Shown: piece by piece, positions 28,879 through 39,260 of the stretch
Layout: every line of letters begins with the position of its first letter
Numbering within the stretch: position 1 is the stretch's first letter
Sequence record: PP968062.1
Reading direction: 5' to 3' (one strand)
DNA from: Pseudomonas phage HPP-Temi
Length of the DNA: 64,000 nt
Program-made: the position numbers and the translations under genes
The notes under the pieces: generated by a model
Databases searched by the model: none
What the model was told of the DNA's origin: nothing
The model's input: the letters and a program-made list of their open reading frames with translations, nothing else

Positions 28879-30487
28879 TGCTAGCTCCTTGGTTAATAGC
28901 GTTAGGCATCATGATGGGTGCAGCTACCGGGTGTTGGTAACCGACAGATTGCAGGGCTTGGTGCTGGGTCGGGTTCGGGATTACTTCTTGAACCAGCCAC
29001 AGCATGTCACCCGAGAGGTTGGTTGGATGTTCAGCGTTACGAGTAATCATCGGAGAGAACAAGCTATCCGTGAAAGTCGGTGCAACGAAGCGAGACAGAG
29101 CTTGACCACCGATAGCGATATCGATGATAGAGTCCCCTGCCAGGTCCGAGTGCATCGAGATGCGGAACGGTAGTTGGTTACCACGAGTGATGTTGTTCAG
29201 GATATCGATCGACAGACGGCGCTCGAATTCCAGAATGTACTGACGCATGTCCAGGTTATCGATGATAGCCTTGGAGTTCTGAGGATGGAACTCGAACGAA
29301 TAGTTATTCGGACCAGTACCGTTGGTTACAGCGAACGAGCAAGTACGAAGGAAGGTATCCATCATGATCGACGGAATGGTTTGCGCCAGCAAGCTTGCAC
29401 CGATAGAGGTGTAGTCTGCACCACTCCAAACTTCAGAGTCTTCAGCTTGCGCTACTTTACGCATGGCACGACCATCGTTCATCGAGAACTGAGTTACTTG
29501 AGAAGTACCGGTCTCAGGGAACAGACGACGCAGGTCACGGAAAGTGATGTAACCGTTTTCCATGTAGCCAGCATGTTCTTTCAGAAAAGCCAGGAACGTG
29601 TTGGTGTGGATCTGTTGGTTACGGCATTGTGCAGCAGCCTCACCGAACATCACGTCCTTATCAGGAGCACCGAAGAGATCATCTCCTTGGTTTTCCATCG
29701 CGTTCTCTTTAACAGCGTGCTGGTAAGCACTTAGAGTATTCGACAGATAACGAGTCGGAGAAGTATCACGACGTTGACTGTACTTGTAAGCACCGCCTTC
29801 GCCTACCATGGTGCGATGATCGATAGAACGGTTGATCATGCCATCGAACAGACCCGAGCTTTGCAGCTTTTGAGCAACGTGTGCAGTCTGACCAATACTG
29901 AAGATATCTTCAGGCCGGATCAGGTGAGCAGTTGCACGAGAGAACATACCGTTCATACCGCCCATCATGTCTACCGGAGAAACGATCTGATTGGAGCCTA
30001 CGATCGATGCTACGTGTTGCGGACCATGGATGGTTTGCTGGATCGCCTGAGCGATGATGGTTTCGGAGTTGAAGTAAATCCGCATGTCATCCGGCAGATA
30101 ATTCTGCGACGCATCTGCATGGTCGCTATAGCCGAAGAAAATACGTTGGGTCAGCGTACCTGCGATGAACGGATGTTGCTCGTTCACTTTCATCAGGAAG
30201 CGGAACCGGCGAGAACGCCAGCCATGTGCAATACCGACACTACCTTCTACCGACGCCTGGGGCGTGATAACGGAAGAAGCTACTTCTTGCACTGCACCAA
30301 CCCGAAGGTTCATACCGCCATTGGTGGCTTGTTCCAGTTGACGAGCTACTTCCTGGTTCGCGTTGATCGAGAACGGACGGATGTGTTGCTCTTGATAAGT
30401 GCCAGTTTCCACCAGAATAAAATTCTGTACGTTCAGCTTAGAGTTCACAGCTGCACCAGCGGAAATGCCCATGTTGATTCCGTGCAT
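28853..30487 (-). CDS. hypothetical protein (544 aa)
   Basis: Long GC-rich ORF in early gene block. Confidence 0.75.
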   Translation of the reverse strand: MHGINMGISAGAAVNSKLNVQNFILVETGTYQEQHIRPFSINANQEVARQLEQATNGGMNLRVGAVQEVASSVITPQASVEGSVGIAHGWRSRRFRFLMKVNEQHPFIAGTLTQRIFFGYSDHADASQNYLPDDMRIYFNSETIIAQAIQQTIHGPQHVASIVGSNQIVSPVDMMGGMNGMFSRATAHLIRPEDIFSIGQTAHVAQKLQSSGLFDGMINRSIDHRTMVGEGGAYKYSQRRDTSPTRYLSNTLSAYQHAVKENAMENQGDDLFGAPDKDVMFGEAAAQCRNQQIHTNTFLAFLKEHAGYMENGYITFRDLRRLFPETGTSQVTQFSMNDGRAMRKVAQAEDSEVWSGADYTSIGASLLAQTIPSIMMDTFLRTCSFAVTNGTGPNNYSFEFHPQNSKAIIDNLDMRQYILEFERRLSIDILNNITRGNQLPFRISMHSDLAGDSIIDIAIGGQALSRFVAPTFTDSLFSPMITRNAEHPTNLSGDMLWLVQEVIPNPTQHQALQSVGYQHPVAAPIMMPNAINQGASNVVDLGLV

Positions 30488-30507
30488 GTATTTTACCTCT
30501 TGAATTT

Positions 30508-32085
30508 TTACTGGTTGATCTGAGCGAGGTGGAGAACCACTTCGGTGATCGTATGCTTGATGTTCGGAGGCGGAATCAGAACGTTGTTCTGTGCGATCTG
30601 ACCAGAGAGTTTAAACAGCTCACTCGGGCCATGATAGATCCACGTGGAAGAACGGATAGACTGGTTGCAGTTGTTAACCGCAATACCGGCCATGTTGTCA
30701 GGCTTCGGAATCTCCCCGGATTGAGGAACCTTAGCAAGCTTCATGTGCGGGTACAGTTCATCCAGTTGCGCCTTGTACTTCTGTGCGATCCGCGATCCGC
30801 TTCGAGTATTGCTAAGTTGATTCGTCGAGCCATGTTCACCATGGTAAACAGGTTCAACTTGCATGAAGACTGCTACATCCAGGTAACCCCAGTGCCACAG
30901 CAAAGCCTGTGTGGTTGCCAGCAAGGTGTTCACCGGCAGCTTGGAGATATGGTAGAATGCACGTGCAGGGAAAGCCTTAGCCATTACCCATTGAGCAAGC
31001 AATACCTGGTGAGGACGGATCTCGTAGTTCGCGACCTGATTCACGCAGCTAATGCACTTCCGCAGTTTCTCCAGATCAATGGTCGGATCTACTGTAGTTG
31101 CCAGCAGTTCGTAATCCATTGCATCGATGTTGTAAGCTTCGATATCACCAGGGCTCACTCGACCTTTAGTCTTGTGGGCCTCGATGAACGAGGTCTTATC
31201 TTCATCATCACCACCACCGCCTTCCGGGCGCTTTTCGTTAACCCGATCAGTTGGGCTACGTTCAGCAGGGTTCAGGTTGCTACGCACGTAACGGAACGTG
31301 TTAGCTACGATGGAGTGGGACATTGGATCGTTCAATGGAACAATAGTCAGTCGACGTACCAGAACCTTCGAGCGAAGGTGTACCGGAATCTCAACCGAAC
31401 TCATACCCCGCCAGAGACTACCCAATGTGGTCGGCTCATCTTCAACGCAGAATTTGACGTACCCTTCCAGTTTGTCGAATGCGACATCTACGTCTTCACC
31501 CACTTCGTCTTTTTCGAGCAACGGCCAGTTAGCAATCTCACAACGGCTGATAAGACCAACGACTTCGTTTTCCTTATGGAGTTCTTGATCCGTACCCGAA
31601 TCAATGTATTCACCCCAGATCGGAACCATCGGACGCAGAGCCAATGCAACTGTTGCCAGGTTGATGTAATCATGTTGCAGGTAAGTCTGCTCCCGCTTGG
31701 TATAGCGGGATTCATCAGTGATCGTTTTCTGGATCTCTGGTGGAATATGCAGGTTACCGATAGTCAGCAACCAACGACGGAGTTTGTTCATCGGCAATGC
31801 CGAGTACAGTTCGTGGATGTAATGAATCAGCGTACTGGAGATGTGCGCAGGTTCGAAGTCCATCTTGAACAGATCGTTGATTTTGACATAGCTGTTCCAA
31901 ATACGATCTTGGTCAGCTTCATCACAACCTTCAAGGTAATCGTTGAATTCCTTGAACACCCGAGTAGGGTCGTTGAGTTTTACTTTGCTATAAGCTCGTG
32001 TACTCCACTTGATTTCGTTTCCTTTATGGCTCGTAGTCACTTCTACGAAACCGTTCCCTTGTACTCCAGTTACGTCAATACGCAT
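30508..32085 (-). CDS. hypothetical protein (525 aa)
   Basis: Long ORF; SD TGAGGTATAA; early-type promoter 32 nt upstream. Confidence 0.75.
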   Translation of the reverse strand: MRIDVTGVQGNGFVEVTTSHKGNEIKWSTRAYSKVKLNDPTRVFKEFNDYLEGCDEADQDRIWNSYVKINDLFKMDFEPAHISSTLIHYIHELYSALPMNKLRRWLLTIGNLHIPPEIQKTITDESRYTKREQTYLQHDYINLATVALALRPMVPIWGEYIDSGTDQELHKENEVVGLISRCEIANWPLLEKDEVGEDVDVAFDKLEGYVKFCVEDEPTTLGSLWRGMSSVEIPVHLRSKVLVRRLTIVPLNDPMSHSIVANTFRYVRSNLNPAERSPTDRVNEKRPEGGGGDDEDKTSFIEAHKTKGRVSPGDIEAYNIDAMDYELLATTVDPTIDLEKLRKCISCVNQVANYEIRPHQVLLAQWVMAKAFPARAFYHISKLPVNTLLATTQALLWHWGYLDVAVFMQVEPVYHGEHGSTNQLSNTRSGSRIAQKYKAQLDELYPHMKLAKVPQSGEIPKPDNMAGIAVNNCNQSIRSSTWIYHGPSELFKLSGQIAQNNVLIPPPNIKHTITEVVLHLAQINQ

Positions 32086-32112
32086 TTATACCTCATTGAT
32101 GCTGGTGATACA

Positions 32113-32148
32113 CAACTGTAATATAGATCTGAGATATTTTTTAATGTC
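32113..32148 (-). promoter_or_regulatory. early-type promoter motif (minus: AAAAATATCTCAGATCTATATTACAGTTG)
   Basis: Contains TATATTAC, the reported phiKZ early promoter core; upstream of 30508..32085. Confidence 0.65.
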
Positions 32149-32209
32149 AGGAAATAGAGGGCATACAGCATCTCTCGGTATTTACCAAAGAGATGCTGTA
32201 GTTTTTTAT

Positions 32210-32962
32210 TTAGAAGTCAGGAATGGAGTCGTCGAAACCATTATCCTGGAAACCACCACTAGATGGACGGCTGTAACCGGAAGGAGCACCACCGCTATTA
32301 CCACCACGGTGGCCGCCATTGTAACCGCCTTGACGTTGGCCACCGCCTTGACCACCACCGAAGTTAGCCGGGTTGGCTACGTTCTTAGCGTTCGGATCAA
32401 AGCTGGATACCATCATTTGGTAAATGATTGCAGTTGCGGGTTCGAGGAAACCAGTAGCGTAGGCTTCGGACATTTCTTTCGGGCTGATCGGAGAACCGTC
32501 GCCATTCAGGATGGTGTGATACTTCGAAGGACCGAAGAAGAAGCGAATACGAGGACGCTGTTGTTGCGAGGAGATCAAAGCGATGTAGATTCGACCGGAG
32601 CTTTGTTCACGACCAATCACCAGAGAAGTAATCGGAATGATCTTGTCGATCTTCTTACCGCCAACGAAGTCATCTTGATGGACGAACTTACGTTCTTGAG
32701 GAACTTCTTTACCATCGACCAGATCACGTGCGTACTTCATAGCAGCAGCGAAAGTAGCGAGGTCAGTTTTGAACTCGATCTTACCGTTGTTCAGATCGCC
32801 GTTGACGTTAGTTTTAACGGTCAGGCGCGGAACGTTACCAAAGACACCGAAGCGAAGGTTAGGACGTTTCTGAGAACCTTCTACCGGATCGGCGTGCAGC
32901 CAGGTGGACATTACAGAGAAGGGAGAAAGTGCCGGGCCGTTACCTTGGGTTTGTTGAGACAT
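32210..32962 (-). CDS. SSB-like protein with Gly/Gln-rich linker and acidic C-terminal tip FDDSIPDF
   Basis: C-terminus GGGQGGGQRQGGYNGG...GFDDSIPDF mirrors bacterial SSB IDL + DDDIPF tip. Confidence 0.6.
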   Translation of the reverse strand: MSQQTQGNGPALSPFSVMSTWLHADPVEGSQKRPNLRFGVFGNVPRLTVKTNVNGDLNNGKIEFKTDLATFAAAMKYARDLVDGKEVPQERKFVHQDDFVGGKKIDKIIPITSLVIGREQSSGRIYIALISSQQQRPRIRFFFGPSKYHTILNGDGSPISPKEMSEAYATGFLEPATAIIYQMMVSSFDPNAKNVANPANFGGGQGGGQRQGGYNGGHRGGNSGGAPSGYSRPSSGGFQDNGFDDSIPDF

Positions 32963-33045
32963 GATGTGTTAGCTCCAATTGGATTAATTTTACACTTCGC
33001 GAAAGTGTTTCTACGTACTATATCGGTGACCAGTATTCTTTCTGA

Positions 33046-33873
33046 TCAGCGCAGAAGTGCATAGGATTCTTTGAGTTCTTTACTGCCATGTGTTGTTATG
33101 TCATGGTAGATTTTGTCTTGTGTTGTAACAGGCGACCAACGTCTTGAAGCAGCTAGTTGCTTTAGTTGAGCCTTGATTGCTTTTGACTGCGCTTCGAAAA
33201 CAACACCATCTCCGAACACTTGTAAAGTGAACTTAGTGAAGGGGATCGGTGTATCCTCTTTTATGCCGTTAAGCTTGGTGTACCACAAGTTGTACGGTTT
33301 AATTTTCCCTGTGTGGGATTCTAGCAGAAGAAGACGATCGAAATATTGTTTCCACAGTAGTTCATGTGGGAAATGCGTAATCAGAGCGATCGTACCCTGG
33401 GTTCGCACTGGAGCTCTATCGATCTCCATTACTTCTATTCCTGCATCTTTCATTTGGTGCAGGAGTTCAATTGCAGCGTAGCGTTCGTACACTTCATATG
33501 CCATTTGCTTTGGCGTCTTGGCTTCTTTATAGATAGCCTTGGGGTATTCCCATTTGACCGAGTCTTTAGATGCGATATACCAACGCACCTTCACCTTCGA
33601 TCCATGTTGCCCCAGTGCAACCGGTATTGTTGCGATCTCCTGCATTAGGATAGTCACTGCATCAGCAGGGTTAACGCCATGGACTTTATCCGTAGCTACC
33701 GCTGAGTTAAGATTACGGGCCAACGTTCTAAGGTTGACCCAGATCTCTTTTACCGATTTAACGTCAATTGGGTGCTTGGTCTGATTTGGGTGAATTCCCA
33801 AGAACCCCTCAAAGGCAAGAGAAGTCCCGATACTAACGGGTATCTGACCGACGTCTCTTTCGATGAGTTCCAT
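33046..33873 (-). CDS. hypothetical protein (275 aa)
   Basis: ORF track. Confidence 0.65.
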   Translation of the reverse strand: MELIERDVGQIPVSIGTSLAFEGFLGIHPNQTKHPIDVKSVKEIWVNLRTLARNLNSAVATDKVHGVNPADAVTILMQEIATIPVALGQHGSKVKVRWYIASKDSVKWEYPKAIYKEAKTPKQMAYEVYERYAAIELLHQMKDAGIEVMEIDRAPVRTQGTIALITHFPHELLWKQYFDRLLLLESHTGKIKPYNLWYTKLNGIKEDTPIPFTKFTLQVFGDGVVFEAQSKAIKAQLKQLAASRRWSPVTTQDKIYHDITTHGSKELKESYALLR

Positions 33874-33875
33874 TA

Positions 33876-35021
33876 TTAAGTCCTAACGAACGGGATAAGC
33901 CTTTCAAGGCACCGTATTTGCACTGTTGGATCACTGGTCACTTTCTCAATTTCATCTTTGAGTAGACCCGTGATTGTTTCGGGAGTAATAGCGATAAACT
34001 TCGACATGTCAAATTCTTTCAGACTTGTCGCTACACTATTCTTTTTCTTAGTAGCTTTTTCCACCAAGACCGACCATTCGTAGTTAGGATACTCAATACG
34101 GAATGTCTCGATGTCACCATTAGCTACGTCCATCGGATCACATCGTAGACGAATAGCTGAGTACTTCGGAAGATCCGCTAAGGTTTCTTTAACTTTGTTC
34201 AAGAGTTGCTTGGTATCGAAACCATGCACTTCAAGAGTTACGTACTTCTTAGCATTTTTGTTCTGTATAAAGGTAGCAGTGAAATCACCGTTATCACGAA
34301 CCACAAAGTGGAACAAACCTTTGTCGATCTCATCTCCATGGCAGATTCGATCGAAAGAACCAGCAGCGTAGATCCGTTCATGGATAGTCATGTTGTGTAC
34401 ATGACCAATCAGGATCTGATGTTTTACCAGTTTGAGATATTCTGCTTCATCGTGAGTTGGTTCTTCCACGATAGAAGGAAGCTGATAGCTAAATGCCCCG
34501 TGCATAATAGCAAAGTCAACTTGATCAATTCCTAGTGCAGCCATCTGTTCTTTCACTTGAGAAAGCGTTACAGCGGTAGACGGATGCCACTTGTCTGGGA
34601 CATAAAGGAAATGAGCATCGAGCTTCTCATTGTACTCAATCGACAGAGTCTTCGAGTAATGGAGGTCGACTGGAATATCTACGTTGATTTTCTGTTCAAC
34701 GAAAAACTGGGTTTGTTCACGGTCATGGCTTGGTGTACCTTCAACAATTCGTAACATCACATTGTTAGCAGCGCAACGCATCATGAACGTAGTGGCCCAG
34801 CGGTTGATCTGGTGCACTGACTCGTCGCCATAGTTCAACTGGCGATCAAACAGGTCACCAGTAATGATGACCATGTCAAGATCCTTTAACATCTTATCTG
34901 TGATTACCTTATCGAGGTTCAACAGAATGTGAGATGTAGGAGTTGTCCGATGGCCTAGGTGTACGTCACCTAGGCTTATATAACGGAAGGTGCCGGGGAA
35001 CTTAGTCTTATCAGTCTTCAT
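33876..35021 (-). CDS. calcineurin-like metallophosphoesterase (SbcD/Mre11-like nuclease or phosphatase)
   Basis: Motifs LGDVHLG, ITGDLFDR, GTPSHD, GHVHN; ORF track 33876..35126, likely start at MKTDKTKF. Confidence 0.65.
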   Translation of the reverse strand: MKTDKTKFPGTFRYISLGDVHLGHRTTPTSHILLNLDKVITDKMLKDLDMVIITGDLFDRQLNYGDESVHQINRWATTFMMRCAANNVMLRIVEGTPSHDREQTQFFVEQKINVDIPVDLHYSKTLSIEYNEKLDAHFLYVPDKWHPSTAVTLSQVKEQMAALGIDQVDFAIMHGAFSYQLPSIVEEPTHDEAEYLKLVKHQILIGHVHNMTIHERIYAAGSFDRICHGDEIDKGLFHFVVRDNGDFTATFIQNKNAKKYVTLEVHGFDTKQLLNKVKETLADLPKYSAIRLRCDPMDVANGDIETFRIEYPNYEWSVLVEKATKKKNSVATSLKEFDMSKFIAITPETITGLLKDEIEKVTSDPTVQIRCLERLIPFVRT

Positions 35022-35622
35022 AGTCGTCGTCAAATGAGCTGCTTTCAGCCTGTTGACGTACAGCACCATTAGATCCTTTAACAGGAACACCCCCAGCGAG
35101 GGCGTACAATGGTTCCCCACTTTCATTTTCGAAAGTGCGGTTGTACATCGCCAGGATATTGGCTAAAGGAATGAGAACACTTTTGTCCACGGAAGAAGTG
35201 ATGGATACGCTACTCAGGAATTCAGTGATGTACGGTTCGAGATCTTCAAGAGACCGCTCACGTTCCAGGGCAATGTAATCTACAACATGCGAGATCGATG
35301 CTGTAGTTGCATCCGCTGCCCACGACGTACTAGGTCGAGGATAAAGCGCTGGTACTACAAACAAGATCTTCGGTTCAGCTTCATTTGAAGCGACACGTAA
35401 AGGATTAGTTAGCTCCAGTACATATCGACGATAACGAATTAGATTATCTGGATCCCAAGGACGAGTGAGCAGAGGGAGAACCTCTTTAATGAAGCGATCC
35501 TCCAGAATGATCGGAAGCTGCATCTCATCATTTGCGATGATCGTATCAAGGCAATCATCGATTGCACGTGTCACGTGGCGACGCCGAATTTCGTCAGCCG
35601 TATCAGTTTGCGGGTTGCTCAT
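35011..35622 (-). CDS. hypothetical protein (203 aa)
   Basis: ORF track. Confidence 0.55.
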   Translation of the reverse strand: MSNPQTDTADEIRRRHVTRAIDDCLDTIIANDEMQLPIILEDRFIKEVLPLLTRPWDPDNLIRYRRYVLELTNPLRVASNEAEPKILFVVPALYPRPSTSWAADATTASISHVVDYIALERERSLEDLEPYITEFLSSVSITSSVDKSVLIPLANILAMYNRTFENESGEPLYALAGGVPVKGSNGAVRQQAESSSFDDDYED

Positions 35623-36199
35623 TTAGGTCACCTTGAACTTTTTCCAGAGCATCTTTCGAAGTCAGGATGTTAATGACGATAGCTTGTTGACCATCGAAGT
35701 ATTCATCGTGTTGCTTCAAATAGGCTACGAAAGGAGCAGTACCTTCGTTCTGGATTACATCGGGGGTAGAGGCCAGTGCGAAGTCAATACCACCATCTGC
35801 ACGTTTGGTTGCGATGACACTGTGTTCGTGCGGCATTACGTTAACGCCATCAACTACTTCAATGGTGAAACCGTACCGGCGGGCGGCAACTTCCTGAGTC
35901 ATATGCTCCAGGCTTTCACGAAGAGAAGAATTCAGACCACCGAAGAAACCAGCAAGGATCTTAACTACACGAAGTTCATGGAGATCTTCAGATTGAGTAA
36001 GGGCTTCCAGAATTTGTTTGATGGCATTCTCGCTAACACGTAGACGAGATTCCAGCTTCTCTACGGTACGAACCAGAGCTTCTACACGTTGAACCAGAAT
36101 ATCATGATCATCCAGATGCTCTGTTTCAGTAGCAGTATCCGAATTTTCATCCACCAGAGCATTTGCTGCTTCGAGTTGTACGTCTTCGATGTGTTGCAT
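35603..36199 (-). CDS. hypothetical acidic coiled-coil protein
   Basis: ORF track. Confidence 0.6.
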   Translation of the reverse strand: MQHIEDVQLEAANALVDENSDTATETEHLDDHDILVQRVEALVRTVEKLESRLRVSENAIKQILEALTQSEDLHELRVVKILAGFFGGLNSSLRESLEHMTQEVAARRYGFTIEVVDGVNVMPHEHSVIATKRADGGIDFALASTPDVIQNEGTAPFVAYLKQHDEYFDGQQAIVINILTSKDALEKVQGDLNEQPAN

Positions 36200-36204
36200 T
36201 TTAT

Positions 36205-36609
36205 TTACCCGTTGTTGATATTTGCGATACTCACGAGATGTGAGTTTTGGAATTGAACCAGCTTACCTACGGTATATTCTTTAACGCCATCTGTGACGAT
36301 ACCAGTAAACTGGATGGAGAATGCATCAGGATTATCCGGACTAGCCGGAATGATGTTAACGATAGCTTGCGCTGATTCACCAAACACTGTTTGCAGTTTG
36401 GTAGTTAGAACATCACGTAGGGCGAGTTCCAAATTCAGCATGTCGTTGGCATGTTCCTTCAGTAGATATTGGAGCGAAGTATTTTGTGTCCGATGTAGAG
36501 TGGACATCGACCTGTTGGTAGTTAAGAATGTGGAAAGAATGTAGTCAGCTTTAGATTCCAAAGAAGAAATCCAGCCATCAGTACCTAGTGTTGGAAGAGA
36601 GATTGTCAT
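36205..36609 (-). CDS. hypothetical protein (134 aa)
   Basis: ORF track; GGAG SD. Confidence 0.6.
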   Translation of the reverse strand: MTISLPTLGTDGWISSLESKADYILSTFLTTNRSMSTLHRTQNTSLQYLLKEHANDMLNLELALRDVLTTKLQTVFGESAQAIVNIIPASPDNPDAFSIQFTGIVTDGVKEYTVGKLVQFQNSHLVSIANINNG

Positions 36610-36640
36610 GGTAACTCCGAAAAAAATAATGGAAAAGTAT

Positions 36641-36660
36641 GCGGAGTCCTAAGACTCCGC
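36641..36660 (-). terminator. hairpin GCGGAGTC-ctaa-GACTCCGC + U-rich tail on minus RNA
   Basis: 8-bp stem 3' of 36678..37100. Confidence 0.65.
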
Positions 36661-36677
36661 TAACTACATCATTGGAC

Positions 36678-37100
36678 TTAATCGGACTCGACGAACAGGA
36701 AGTCAATGAAAGGATGACCGAAAGGTAATTCAATACGTTTACGGCTATATCCGTGACCAGCCATGTTCAACGCTTGCCAAATGCGTCCTTCGTGGATATC
36801 CACGAAGTGTACTTTATCATGAGGGTCTTGGGAGATCTGAAGTTGAATCGAAGAAGGGAATCCAGGTGGCCCCATAACAGCGATCTCTTTCTTATCGATT
36901 ACCTCTACACCTTCTCGTTCGAATACGCAATACCACTTATCTTGATCACGATGGATTTTGATTTCACGATCAGGATTAGTTGCACAATAAACAGCTAGGT
37001 TAGTGAATCCTTTTGGAGCCTGCATTTTGTGCGAGTAGCTATCCAAAGTAGGACGGCGCGCCTTATTGGGATCGGCCTTAAAGTTTACAGGTTCGATCAT
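36678..37100 (-). CDS. hypothetical protein (140 aa)
   Basis: ORF track. Confidence 0.6.
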   Translation of the reverse strand: MIEPVNFKADPNKARRPTLDSYSHKMQAPKGFTNLAVYCATNPDREIKIHRDQDKWYCVFEREGVEVIDKKEIAVMGPPGFPSSIQLQISQDPHDKVHFVDIHEGRIWQALNMAGHGYSRKRIELPFGHPFIDFLFVESD

Positions 37101-37128
37101 GTGAACTTCCTTACTGCCTCATTATAAA

Positions 37129-37155
37129 GGAGTCCCCGAAGGGACTCCATTTATG
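37129..37155 (-). terminator. hairpin GGAGTCCC-cgaa-GGGACTCC + CATTTATG
   Basis: 8-bp stem 3' of 37159..37773; CATTATAAAG 5' flank. Confidence 0.65.
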
Positions 37156-37158
37156 TTG

Positions 37159-37773
37159 TTAACCCAGCAAGTTCCCTACGGGACTAGTCGGGTCCATTTC
37201 GTTTGCATCTAGAGCCACGTTTACAAGGTTCCACGAACGGAGAACGTCAACCTTCTCATACAGAGACAGTTCTTTATCGCCTTCCGGGATTTCCTCGTAA
37301 TACTGTTTAACCAAGGTGTGGTCATCATTGACAACCATTACTTCGTCCATCACTCGACGATAATCGTAGTGGCGTTCACCAACACGATCACCATGATGGT
37401 TAACGTACGACTCAGCGTAACCCTCTACCATGTTGTTCAGATACATCCCACGCAGACGTTCCTGTGCCATGATGTACCGTTGCATGATCGGGTTTGCGGT
37501 CTGAAGCTGTTCGATCGTGTACAGTCCATGGATGCTGTTAGACATCCAACTGTTATCCGTCTTAGCAACAATGTTCCGCATTGCCTGCACCGCTGTACTG
37601 GTGCTGATCATTTGGTAAAGGTTTTGTGCTTGGTCAAAGAACGAAGTTGCCATCGAACTCAGGTTACTACGAAGTGTCTGAGAACGTTCACCCAACCAGT
37701 TCGTGGTATTTTGATCCAGATGGCCACCAGCGACGATGTCCATCAAGTCGACGCCGTATGCCTGTTGTAACAT
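37159..37773 (-). CDS. hypothetical protein (204 aa)
   Basis: ORF track. Confidence 0.6.
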   Translation of the reverse strand: MLQQAYGVDLMDIVAGGHLDQNTTNWLGERSQTLRSNLSSMATSFFDQAQNLYQMISTSTAVQAMRNIVAKTDNSWMSNSIHGLYTIEQLQTANPIMQRYIMAQERLRGMYLNNMVEGYAESYVNHHGDRVGERHYDYRRVMDEVMVVNDDHTLVKQYYEEIPEGDKELSLYEKVDVLRSWNLVNVALDANEMDPTSPVGNLLG

Positions 37774-37793
37774 GGATTACTCCTCTTGGATCG

Positions 37794-39260
37794 TTAAGCT
37801 GCTTTCGCCAACCATTCCTCCAAAGACGGAAGATAGTCTTCGTGAGCATAGTTGATGATCGTTTCTACAACCGGACCTTGGAGTTCCAGGTTACCAGAGA
37901 TCTCGTGTGGATCATCCGGACTCAGTACCCAAGTATGCGGTGCGATTCGTTCAGTTGCATCAGCCAGATAGTTATCGGGCATCAGCGTCAAGTTCAGCTG
38001 GTCACCATCGAAGTCGGCGTTAGGTGCTTTCAGGCACAGTACCGACATGCTGATGGAGTTATCTCGAATGTCATTCTTAATAACGGTGATGAAGAACTGC
38101 TGTGTCGAACCACGTTGCAGAGTCGGGTTACGGTGGAACACACACGGAAGACCTTTGTACTTCGATTCTGCAATGATCTCTTTAAACAGCTGATCCAGGA
38201 CTTCGTTGTACTTCAGGACGTTCTCGTAGATGAACGAGTTCGCTTGGCGAGTCGTCATACGGAACTTGCGTTTCAGTTTGTTGATCAGGTGATACTTCAA
38301 CAACTGACAGCCGACGCCCCACGGAATGTGAAGTTCATCGTAATCATGCGGGTCACTAATGGAAGTAATTACCGCACGAGCAGTCAGGTTAAGACGACCA
38401 CCCAATACGTGCCTACGAACCAGACCAGGCTTTTGCGCGATCCGTTGTTTGTCGTAGTTCTCATGGAAGATAGCCAGAAGCTTCAGTGCACGAGCTACAC
38501 GGTTTTGTACAGTGATTGGTTTCAGCGGGATTGCCGAACTGCCGATACTACTAATAGTCAGTACCGCATCGATTGCTGCGCCGATCGGCTTATCGATGTA
38601 AACACCCGAGGTCGTAGACTCTACAACGAAACAGAGTTTAGTTGGGATCGGAATGTTCTTCGGGAACAGGTGTTCTTTGTTTTGGTTAACGAATGCAGCC
38701 ATCTCACCTTTGTTGGTGTTGATGATACTGCTATCGAGCAAGAACTGGAAGATCGTATCGAAGTTCTGAACGAAGTTGTTCAATCCACGTGGGAACTGGC
38801 GAGCCAGCAACTTGTCGAGTTTCCGTTTGGTTTCTTTCGAACTGATCGTATCGTAATCAAACTGATACTGCGTGTTGGTCAGATACTCCAGGAAGTCGAA
38901 CTCTTTCATCGACATGTATCCTGAAAGCATAATCCACAACTCGGGACTCACCAGACGATCCACCCCTTCCGGTGCCCGAATCCACATCGAAGGAACGATG
39001 GGTCGGTTGCTCGTGCTTACTACTGGTGTACCACAGTTATCACAGATTACCCCGAGCTTGTATGCTTCCGTGATATGTTCACAGTCACACGATGCCGAGT
39101 TCTCGATCGCATCTGCATCCTGATAATGGGAGAACAGATAACGTTGGAATTCCTCCTTTTGTTCAGCATTGCTGGTATTGAAGTCGTTTGCGAATACTAC
39201 TTTACCTCTTTGGTTAGCGAGCATTTCGTCATGATTGACAACCTGAGCATATAGACCCAT
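37794..39260 (-). CDS. multisubunit RNAP beta' subunit, N-terminal segment
   Basis: Catalytic motif CLKAPNADFDGDQLNLTLMP (NADFDGD) near C-terminus; Zn-finger-like Cys cluster near N-terminus. Confidence 0.85.
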   Translation of the reverse strand: MGLYAQVVNHDEMLANQRGKVVFANDFNTSNAEQKEEFQRYLFSHYQDADAIENSASCDCEHITEAYKLGVICDNCGTPVVSTSNRPIVPSMWIRAPEGVDRLVSPELWIMLSGYMSMKEFDFLEYLTNTQYQFDYDTISSKETKRKLDKLLARQFPRGLNNFVQNFDTIFQFLLDSSIINTNKGEMAAFVNQNKEHLFPKNIPIPTKLCFVVESTTSGVYIDKPIGAAIDAVLTISSIGSSAIPLKPITVQNRVARALKLLAIFHENYDKQRIAQKPGLVRRHVLGGRLNLTARAVITSISDPHDYDELHIPWGVGCQLLKYHLINKLKRKFRMTTRQANSFIYENVLKYNEVLDQLFKEIIAESKYKGLPCVFHRNPTLQRGSTQQFFITVIKNDIRDNSISMSVLCLKAPNADFDGDQLNLTLMPDNYLADATERIAPHTWVLSPDDPHEISGNLELQGPVVETIINYAHEDYLPSLEEWLAKAA

